A stretch of DNA of 63,841 nt, the filler included, from Cystobasidiomycetes sp. EMM_F5 (taxonomy: Eukaryota), in assembly GCA_051047955.1 (NCBI GenBank). It is 3 parts of 3 records of this genome, joined end to end, with 100 filler letters (N's around TTAATTAATTAA, not from the genome) between each part and the next. Parts side by side here need not be neighbours in the genome. Positions count along the whole stretch, not along the records: positions 29,646 to 57,644 come from JBPGPT010000069.1; 2 more parts are not named here. One strand, written 5' to 3'. Below are positions 41,411-51,688 of the stretch, one piece after another. The notes beneath the pieces were generated by a model, which had not been told where the DNA came from, did not search any database, and was given only the letters and a program-made list of their open reading frames with translations. Positions within the stretch are counted from its first letter, which is position 1. Every line of letters begins with the position of its first letter. The position numbers were made by a program, and so were the translations under genes.

Positions 41411-42779
41411 GCCTGGCCTGCCTTTGCCTGGACGGTGAGTTTGTTTACTCACCTGGCGGGACGGAGGGAAGGGGAGGGAGGGCGAGTTTGGTATCGATAT
41501 GATGCTGCTGACGGTGGTATCGTAATGCTATAGCTGCTGCTGATGGTTGTCGTCGGTCGTCGCTTGCAGGCGGTCGAGTGAATTGGTGGTTGAAAGAGAG
41601 AGAGGGGCAGGGAAGGGGCTGGTAACTGATGACCGCGTACCGGCGACAGAACGACAGAGAGCATGGATATGATTCAAGGGCAGCAGTCAGTAATCACCAC
41701 GAATGCTAGTCAGCTGCTGCTACGCGTCTCTCATTGACGCTGGCTGCAGTTGGCAGCGTCGAGCTCGAGAAGGCGGTGAGTGTGGAGAGGAGGCACGGCG
41801 AGTGTGAGGAGCGTGTGGGACTAAACTACTACGTGTCAGTGTCAGTCCTGATCCCTGCTCTACATCTTCTGCCAGCTCGGCCTGGACGGTATAATCGCTC
41901 TTCTCCATTGTGGCACTCTGCAAGCGACCAAGGCTCCCGGACGACATGTGATGCATTGTACTGACTAGAGAGCTAATGCTATATGCTACAACGAAGAAAC
42001 TGAGCTCCCTCCCGCAATTTCCCGTACTGCCGAATCTGGCAGGTGGGGCTACCCCTGAGCAGATTTTACGCGTCTGAAGGAGCGGAGACGCGTAAACTCC
42101 ACTGCTAATACTCACTCTTGGGTGGAGCTGCTCTGCACCCCACCTGTGACTTTCTATCGCTACTTGCTGCTGCTTCGTGCCGGACGTGTAGCAAAAGCCC
42201 GTACGACGGCGTGGAGCGGGCAAGGAATGGCGGATAATGAGCGTAGGCTGCAGTGTGCTGTCCGCAGGTGTACTGTCTCTCATCGACAGAGTAGCCGGCT
42301 CGCGAGGAGCTGGTATGTTCGGCTGGACATTGGGTGCGGTTGCGGACAGGGTTCACAATCGTAGCGAATGCCAGCAATGTTGTAGCAAGACCAGAGGAGA
42401 GCCCAATCGCCTAGTAATGCCAAGCAAAATTGGATTCATTGGCCTACAACACTGACATCCGTGCTAAAAGCGAGCTACACTGACAGAGACTGGTGAACCG
42501 AATTTAATGACAGAACTACTGAACAGAGACTTTCCTGCGAGTACAATGGCAAAACGCTACGAACGGATACTGTGAAGCTGAAGCTGCTGACAGTGTTACT
42601 CGTGTATGCCGGAATGCGGAGACGATGAGAGTCTCACGCACTAAGCCGGCTGAGGGGAAGGCGGAGAAATAGAAGCTGGACCATAAGAGCGAATTAGAGG
42701 GATCGGGCTATCTAAGCTGCCTACGTAACTCTACTCACTATGGGAGGATGCTGACGTAACAGCAAGAGAGGGGCAGCAT

Positions 42780-45700
42780 CTAGATCCAGCCGTCGTCTTC
42801 GGTATTGTACGGTGGTGGCTGATTGATATTGTTGTAATTAGTTTGTCCCCAAGTCGACGTGCTGTGATGCTGAGTATTGTAGCCATGAGAGGCAGTCGGA
42901 GGGTACATAGTGCGAGCAGACTGCTGATGGCGATGACTGGATCCATGTTGACGGTTGTCGGAGTAGCTGTGGTAGCTGCCTGGATTGTGATGATAGTTTC
43001 CGCTGCCATTGTTCCCGTAGTAGCTCCCAAACTGTCCGGCTGCATGTTGAGGAGGAGCTTCATTGAAGTGGGCAGACGTATACGGGGAAGATGCATAGCC
43101 ATTATACGACGACGAAGGGTGGCCTGAGTGGGACGTAGACGACTGCAGAGCGTAAGACTGAGGGCGTGGCTGAGCAGTGGTATGCCACGAGTCTTTGAAG
43201 AGGTTTGGCGCATTACTCGGACGACTGGCAGGGTATGAGCTACGGCCATTGGATCGGCGATTCGAATTGTTGGCTTGACTGATTCTAAAGGCCTCTTCAA
43301 CTGACACGTAGGGCGACACGTCCCTTTCGGGATGTTGGGGTATCGCTTCAGCATCCGTAGGGGCGAACCTGGAGTCGCTTTGGTGCTGAATGTCTACGTC
43401 TAAGCGAGTCATAAGTTTTGCGTCCGACTGCACTTCGCCCAAAGGACGAGTGTAAAGAGCCCTCTCCAGTACTCCTGGCCGTATGCTGGAATGAACGTAA
43501 AAGTCTGCATCGGATGGCGAAATGTACTGAATGTCGCAGTCAGCTACGTTGACGTCGAAAGCCTCGCCAGGAGAAGACAATTCCTCGATGAGCGCTGCGA
43601 TATGATTGAAGCCGGCCGATATACGGACGCGACGCAGGACATGAGGACCTATCTTGGGTATCACAATAACCGGGGTCGATGAGAGACCCACTGGCATGTT
43701 GCTATTCCCTGCAAACGACTTCTTGGACGGGCGGTAAAAGTCGGCATCCAATTCGCTGTCCGATGAAGTATCGTCGTCTGTGCCCTGTCTCTTCTGTGCA
43801 ACCTTCTTGCGCTTTGAAGCCGCTTTCGACGGCGCAGGACCAGTTACAGCATTGCCTAGGCCATCGGTGAGACCGACAGGCTGTCTTCAACTGACACGTA
43901 GGGCGACACGTCCCTTTCGGGATGTTGGGGTATCGCTTCAGCATCCGTAGGGGCGAACCTGGAGTCGCTTTGGTGCTGAATGTCTACGTCTAAGCGAGTC
44001 ATAAGTTTTGCGTCCGACTGCACTTCGCCCAAAGGACGAGTGTAAAGAGCCCTCTCCAGTACTCCTGGCCGTATGCTGGAATGAACGTAAAAGTCTGCAT
44101 CGGATGGCGAAATGTACTGAATGTCGCAGTCAGCTACGTTGACGTCGAAAGCCTCGCCAGGAGAAGACAATTCCTCGATGAGCGCTGCGATATGATTGAA
44201 GCCGGCCGATATACGGACGCGACGCAGGACATGAGGACCTATCTTGGGTATCACAATAACCGGGGTCGATGAGAGACCCACTGGCATGTTGCTATTCCCT
44301 GCAAACGACTTCTTGGACGGGCGGTAAAAGTCGGCATCCAATTCGCTGTCCGATGAAGTATCGTCGTCTGTGCCCTGTCTCTTCTGTGCAACCTTCTTGC
44401 GCTTTGAAGCCGCTTTCGACGGCGCAGGACCAGTTACAGCATTGCCTAGGCCATCGGTGAGACCGACAGGCTGTCCAGGCTGAGTAACAGGGCGGTCGAA
44501 GAGTGGGCCATATGCTGCTCTGCGCCGGCGTACTTCAGCCGCCCCGTGACGTTGAAAGCCTATGCTCCTGAATAACCAGTAGAGCATCGCTCGCGCATTG
44601 TCGTCCATCGACCAAGCGTTGTCGAGACCGGATACTTCAAGTCGCAGCGACTCTATTCGACAATATTCGAGACGCCCTGCTGCCTTGGGAACGAAACCAG
44701 GGTCAGGTAAGCTGACAGCGCCTACGCTACGACCTGTCGAGAAGCAGTTGATTAAGGTAAGGCGCGTGATGTTTTGCGTTAGATTCAAGAGACAGTGCCA
44801 GGTTTGATAAGGCATGTCTCTTATGGACAGGGTGGTGAGGGTTTCCTTGCAGCCGATATGCCATGCGTAGACGAAATCTTCTCGAAAAAGGGCGACGGGA
44901 TTGTAGAAGGGACCGCCGACAAGATGTAGCGATTGCAAGCCGACTACGCACGACAAGAAGTCGAAGAGCATATGCTCGCTTACGTATGGAATTGTGACTT
45001 TATCCAGTGCCGAGCGTTGATGCTGAATGCGGAAATCTATGGCCAATTTGTGCAGTAGCACATAGGCTCGCCCTGCTTTAACGTAGCCCCCGCTGATGAA
45101 CTTCCACCACTCGTCACGAAATTGCTTTGGAGTTCCCCATATGCCCATCATTTGAACTTGGCTGCCGTAATCTTGGAGGTAAGCTTTGGGGAAGAGTGGA
45201 CCCGTCTCTCCTTTGCGGTCATGGTATAAACGTAGGACTGCCAGCAAGGACTCGAGTGCGTCGATGGACCGCAGCTTCAGAGCAATGCCTGTGTCTGCTG
45301 AACCGCTCCACTGAATATTAAACGCGTTTACGCGGCGGATGGAATGTAGAGCGGCCAGGATGGACCAATTGCCCAAAGAGATTTTGTCCAAAGCGGCTGT
45401 CCTTACTCCCCACGTTTCTAGCGTCTCCTTTGTCTGACTACCTGTCCATACGAGTGTCTGTCTGGCGGAAACAGCACCGTAGTTGCGGGCTGCATCGCTC
45501 GGTGGAGATTCCTCGCCGTAAGTGATGAGCGTTTCGCGAGGAAAGGGAAAAGGTAGTGTGAGCCGCTCATCGAGTGTAGCTCGCAGCGCTATGTTGTTGA
45601 TTACATCGTCGATGTGCACGTTTCCGACATCTAGTACTTCGTCTTTGCGGGGATAACGGTTGTGCATCGAATGGAAGATGGCGCTACGTGCGTCGATGAA

Positions 45701-47967
45701 TGTGGGGAACTTTACGAGCGGACTGAGGAGCTCCCAGTCGGATTGGATAGTGCTCGTAATCCCGGAGGGGTCGAACGGCAAGGGAGGGGGAGCGAGTAGA
45801 ATCCTAGACGCAGCAGAGATAGCTGTACTGGATGCAGTTGCCGCTCTTGCTGCTAGGTCGACTGGGACGTGCCCGGTGAGCTTCATGCCAGGCTTCCACT
45901 TGATTCTCCCCGACTTTGAAGCTACTGAGGCCGATGCTACTGATGTCGATGAGAGACATTCTTCGCTAGCCGGTTCACTGACAGTGGATGAGACGCAAGG
46001 GATCGAGACAGTATCATCTAGTCGCGGAGAAGGCTTGCTTGGTGATGGCAATGTCGGTAACGTGCTCGTTTCCTGTTCAAGTACATCGCCAGCTACTAAT
46101 GTCGATGAGAGACATGTTTCGCTGGGTAGTGCTGTCACTGCAGCTGCCACTGATGTCGATGAGAGACACTTTTCGCTTGCTGCGGTGATAGGAGGAGACT
46201 CTGGACGAGTAGCGGTTTGGTGCTGCGGGAAGCCAAAGTCAGCGTAGGCGGTATGAACGAATTTGGGTAAAACGCACAACTACTGCCACAGCCGGTGAAT
46301 AGGATGCCTCGCTGCCGCTCCAGTCGAGCTCTTCCGTGTCCACGTCCATGCTATGGGCAACTGACATAACTGGTGCTCTGAAAAGAACAAAACGAGTCAG
46401 TGGATTGGAAAAAGCGGTGCATCATGGCTTACTTTACTGCATTCTGTGCAGGTGGTGACTGGGGCGTGGGCGGTTCGTCTATATCCATTGATGAATCTAA
46501 TTGTGGGCCGGCTGCCAAAGACTGGGCGGGCTCAGCCGCAAAACTCTCGCTGAGCGGCGTCAGAGGCGAACTAGGCGTAGGAGGAAAGGGAGCCGATTGA
46601 ACAGAGGGGGGTGTGTATGGCACTAGAAAGTCTGCTAGTCCCAATGCGCTAATCTCAGCTTCGGTGGCAGCTGCTGGCCAGCGGTTAAGCGGCGGTCCTG
46701 TACCCGGGAAATCGACGGGGATGGAATGGGCAGTGCTTTGTAGTCTCCTGACCCAGCCTACTAGTCCGAGTCTCACGGCGGCGTTCGCAATCGCCCTTGA
46801 TGCGAGTTCACGTGTTCGAAACACTTCATTCGGACCAGCTGCAACCACTAAGCAGTCTCCCAAGGGACCGATGATCTCGAGGAGGGGCCAGTATGCGTTG
46901 ACCAAACCGGAGGTATGCTGTGAAGCGGCATTCTGGTACGCTCGATGAGCGGCACGGCCCGTATTTGCTGTGGTAGATGTAAACGTGGACGGAGTCCATG
47001 ATTCGTATGGAGCCAAGCGTGCTTCGTGCGGATCAACTGTTTGGTCGATGTAATAGTAGCCGGCGACAACGTGGTAGCTGAATTGAACGTCGGGCATGAG
47101 TTTTGAGAGGAGGAGAATAATGAAGGCTGCGTTGCAGTACCCGGGGATAACATCGTCGGTGAGAGACGGTTCCCATGCGGGGCTTGTCCAATTAGCGGGT
47201 GCACTCCTAAACTCTGCGACGATTCTCTCTTCTGCTCCGGTTGGTGAGTAAAGGTGGTTCGCTATAGCCCAGTAATCGTCCTGCTGAAGCGCGTTGGTCC
47301 ATGCTGCCGCATCGTGTCCCGGTACGATTCGAAGATGTGGTGGGTCGGGGCCTACAATCATGCAGATTGAGCCTTCCGTCAGGAATAAGTGGGTACGTGG
47401 GTCCAGCGGCACGACACGCTTGAAGCGATCTGTTACTTGATTTCTTGAAACAGAGGTAGGTGGAGGCTGTACGCCGAACATCTGTCCGAGACCTCTCAAC
47501 GTGGCCTTGATTTGCTGTTTCGTATGCACGCCGGGCGTCATAGCAATGCGATCCCAGCCTTGATCGTTGGCTGTCACGCTGTTGTAAGTGTGATATGCGA
47601 CGCTGGGTGTGGTGAGAAAAGTGCGAACACCGCTAGCGGGTGTCAGATGCACTGTCAGCTGACCTATCGTAATCTCGCGGCGTTGCTGCCTATGTTCATC
47701 GGCTTCGAGGCTGGACCGGATGTATTCCAGCTTGGTCAACGCTCGAGTAGGTGCGGAGACGGGATGGGGAGTGCTGTGAAAGAACTGCAGCCTTGAATCG
47801 GCCTGTTGCATAGTGAAAAGGTCTGTGATCTGAGCTCGGACATGTGCTGATATGCCTTGGCCGTCGAAAGCGGAATCCCACAGCTCGGCTGCATCTTGGC
47901 CAGTCAGAAGGGCACCGTCTACATAGACGTCTGTGCGACTGGCTACTAGCTCCTTGATTTCTGCCAT
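42780..47967 (-). CDS. Unknown large protein, copy B (same architecture plus a Y/N/Q/G/S/H-rich tail); frame broken by a 590-bp tandem duplication
   Basis: ORF 46429-47967 joins ORF 43856-46279 through in-frame introns 46432-46378 and 46277-46223; tail in ORF 42780-43751; shares MAEIKEL..DVYVDGALLTGQDA, DDVIPGYCNA..LLLSKLMPD and MLFDFLS with copy A. Confidence 0.75.
43294..44475. repeat. Apparently perfect 590-bp direct tandem duplication (43294-43885 and 43884-44475)
   Basis: Identical text at offset 590, identical ORF translations (43491/44081, 43679/44269) and a 2-bp TC microhomology at the junction. Confidence 0.97.
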
Positions 47968-50628
47968 TCTCAGAGACGAGCGGAGAACGCGCAGTGACTT
48001 CGATGAGGGAAGTGCACTGAGCGTGTAGGAAGGGGTGCAGCCTGTTCAACTTCGATGAGAGAAGTGTGAAGCAGGTGTGAGGGAGAGGAAGGGAGCGAAT
48101 GGCTGGACTGGCTCCGTCGTGCTGGAGTGGCGTGCTGTAAGACGGGTCGAGATTAGCGGATGTAAGAACGAATGGACTGGGAGGGCATCGTCGATGGGAA
48201 TTGGATGGTGGAGAGTAGTGGATCACTGGCTACTACTCGCCGTCACTCCTGCTACGGTGACTGCCGAGGTAGAGCGATTCCAAGGCTGACGGCGAACGCG
48301 GCGGAGGTGACGGACGGGCGAGCGGCAGCAGATACAGACACAGTTACAGCACTGTCGATGAGAGACAGTGCTATACTATGCCTGAGCTGCTGCTGCTGCT
48401 GCCGCTGCCCTGTCTGCGCTCATCATCTGAGAAGGGCGGGTTTGTTTACTCACCTGGCGGGACGGGAGCAAATGGAGGGAGGGCGAGTTTGGTATCGATA
48501 TGATGCTGCTGACGGTGGTATCGTAATGCTGGAGCTGCTGCTGGTGGTTGTCGTCGGTCGGCGCTTGCTGGGGGTCGAGTTGGTTGGAGTTTGAGGGAGA
48601 GGGGCGGGGAAGGGGCTGGCAGCTGGCGACTGCGTACCGGCGACGGAAGGACAGAGGGCATGGATATGATTCAAGGGCAGCAGTCAGTCATCACCACGAA
48701 TGCTAGTCAGCTGCTGCTGTGCGTCTCTCATCGACGCTGGCGGGGGCTGATGGAGTTGGGTGGGCGGGCGAGTGGAACACTGAGCAGGTCAAGGGAGGAG
48801 AGCAGCGGACGAGGGTGAATCTGGTACACGTTAATCAGTGCTTGGACGTGGCTGATCAGCTGTATCTGGACTGCGGGGCTGCCGGTGGTGGTCGCGGCTC
48901 AGCATCCCAATGGACGTATGCAGGGAGCACAGAGCAGGCTGAGCGGCAATTGGCAATGTGGTACTGACTATACTGATGCTACTGACTATCACTGAGTACA
49001 CTGTTCCCTCTCCCGTCTCCTCCCGACCTGCCGAATTTGGAAACGGCCGTACTACCCCTGAACGAGTTTCGACGCGAGTTACGATGCGGAGACGCGTAAC
49101 TTGGGTGTGATTAGCCTCACCGTGATGTGCACTGAGAGTATATGGTGTTGCAGGAGGTTTGAGCACTGTTTGACGGGTGTATATCTGACTGGCTATGACA
49201 AACAGAGCTGGGCGAGCCTACAACGGATATCTGAAGCCGTAACTGAAGCTATAGGCTGGTTGCAAGCGTGGTATGATGCTGCCGTGTGTGTGACCTGTCT
49301 CAGCTGGATGTCTGTCTCTCATCGACAGCTCCGAGCGGGATGGCGGGGCTAAACAGATGTGAGCGCCTATGGGGGTGAGAGGATGGGTAGAGAATGGCGC
49401 TGTGAGTGCCGAGGTGATGCTACTGCCTGTCTGATGTGACTGGTCGCTGATTTACGTGGAAACGGTGATGTTTGCGGCGATGAGGACTGTGACGGCTAGG
49501 CTAGCGTGGGACTGGAGCGTAAGCGGACGTAATAGATGAAAGTGCACTGTCGTTGTGCATAGTATGCATGCGTGTCGGGAAGCTGTCTGATGTCGTGTCG
49601 ATATCTGTCACTGTAGCTTGAAGTGGCTAGCTGGGTTGTCTGACGACTACAACATGGGAATACTATGAGACAACGGCGGACCTACTACAGTATGGTACTC
49701 TCTGTAATGCTGCTGCGGCCACTCCTGTCCTGGTCATGCCTCTCATCGGCAGCAGTGGGGGGTTGCATGAATGACTTGCCATGCGGGCCTGCACGGAAAA
49801 GCGACGGTAGTCTCGAGTAGGGGAGGGAGGACAGTGTATGCAGGCAGACTGCATCGTGGGAGATGGTTAAGCTACTGTCCGAGCTGGAATTGTCTCTCAT
49901 CGACAAACTGTGCTCGGCTGTACAGTAGTTTGGCTGGGGGGCTGGTGGTCTGGGTGAGCGAGCTATTTGCGCAGACTGACACTGATGCTGAGGATTGGGT
50001 ATACAACAGACAATTGCTACATCGTCGTGCTATACTCTATTGCGCTGCCTGGAGTCTTGCACTGTGTTATGGTCTCGTCTCGTTGGGGCTGTTTTGATTC
50101 TACTGGAACAGGGTAGAATGTCTCGAATCGCTGTCAGGTTGGAATACTAGCATATACTACCTACACACACTGCTCTCATCGCTGCTGCTGCTGTGTCTCT
50201 CATCGACACTCAGTGCTGTTGGTGGTTCTATGGCGTGCCTGGGTGGCAAACGTCGAAGGGCAACAGCGCCGTCAATAAACATCTTGGAGAGCTGGGAATT
50301 GCACTGAGTGGCTAGATACAACGTCTGAGGGTACTGTCTTTGCCTGCTTCGCTATATCGGTGCTGGTTGCTGTGCTGTTGGAGGTCCGAGCTCCTCAGTG
50401 AGGAAAAAGGACCGAAGTTGTTATCTCTGGCTACAGGAGTGCTGGAGATTTGCTGTTTGGTATGGAGATTCTTTGACAGTGCATGGCGATGCTCCGAGAC
50501 TTATACGCTCTTCCGGCTGCTGGGTTTTCTGCAATGCAGACTTGAAGTTTTCTCCCCATGTTTGCCACCAATTTTTGGACTTTGCCACCGGAATGGGGGC
50601 CCATTCCTGGCAGTATATAAGTAGGTTC

Positions 50629-51688
50629 CAGAGTGTCCGTAACTCACGCACGAGACACTCTGGAGGCGGGAGGTTCTGTGTACTGGATGTCAGCGCCCTT
50701 CAAGTCGTCTGCGATGGGCCAGCACCTGCGATATCCAACTTTTCTGTCATTGTCATGCAACTTGGGGAGGTCGGTGCGTTGGACCTGGTTGACGACGAAG
50801 CTCTGCGACTGCAATGCTGATGCTGCTGCTATACACAGATATCATTGTTTCTTGACTGTCTTTCTGATTGTAGGTGCTGAGCTTGTTATGATGTCTGGCT
50901 GGCCCGTCTGCCTGACGAGAGTGGACTGACTTTGAATGACAGAGCTAGTCTTTTCGGAAGTGGTTGCTCGCTACTTTGCTGCGGTTCTCAATATATATGA
51001 TGGATCTCTCTCCGTGTTCTGGCTCTTTATCTCCGCCTTCCCCTGCTTGCGATTCCGTCTATGCTTTTCGTGCGGTCCAGTCTATTATGACGATAAGCAT
51101 TGCTGATAACGCTCCATGCTGTCTACAGCCTTGCTACATTCACTCTATCGCTGGCTTCTCCCATCTACCTTCTTTTGAGATGACTGCGACTATTACTTCG
51201 GTTCGAGAGCTATGACACGGATCAGGAGACGGTAGAAGGACATGGAGGATGGGCCTAGACGTGTGATTTGAAGTAAAGAGTTGATATTGGTGCGCCCTGA
51301 TGATGACTACATGGTCTGCCTCGCTGGGTGTAACTCACGCACATCCAGCGAGTGCATGATCTGGCTTTGCCGTCATCAACAATGAGCTAAACTGCGGACT
51401 CCCGACCTGTGATTACAGATTCGAAGCAAGGACACACGGCATCGACGAATGTACGGCTACCCGACTACTGTCTTGAATACGGTTGTCGACGCTTTGCTTA
51501 TTCTCCACAACGACCTCGGCTGCTACTACATCAGTTCAATCATCGACACTGTGTGCGAATCTATCACATCAACACACTCTCCTCTCCATCGTCTGTGCAA
51601 CTCACGCGCATAGACTCGTAAGTCGTATACACTAGTAACTCACGCACTAGGTGTACGCAGGGCTACACGTAATTCACGCACGTGTAGC
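50629..51688 (+). repeat. Stem-loop family 2: five hairpins with 9-nt loop AA(C/T)TCACGC and unrelated 8-13 bp stems
   Basis: 50629-50663, 51320-51352, 51591-51615, 51624-51657 and 51662-51688. Confidence 0.9.

Larger units (their letters stand above)
30912..50209. repeat. Dispersed stem-loop family 1: stem-C[GATGAGA]G-stem (reverse TCTCATC), about 36 copies
   Basis: Examples: GCTTC/GAAGC 30912, GCGCC/GGCGC 34292, GCCATGTC/GACATGGC 36199, GAGAC/GTCTC 36723, ACTTC/GAAGT 40982, CACAGCACTGTC/GACAGTGCTGTG 41329, GGGTC/GACCC 43673, TGCC/GGCA 49737. Confidence 0.95.

Noticed and set aside
41342..41533. Poly-Cys ORF
   Set aside because: Translation of the (CTG)13 microsatellite; no coding support.
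39017..46168. CLSST / VDERH as a protein repeat domain
   Set aside because: It is a by-product of the DNA hairpin, which also occurs in other frames and in non-coding DNA.
30912..51688. Hairpin families as CRISPR array, hammerhead ribozymes or tRNA anticodon arms
   Set aside because: Spacing is irregular and stems are not repeated; the motif is CGATGAG rather than the hammerhead CTGATGA..GAAA core; there is no cloverleaf context.
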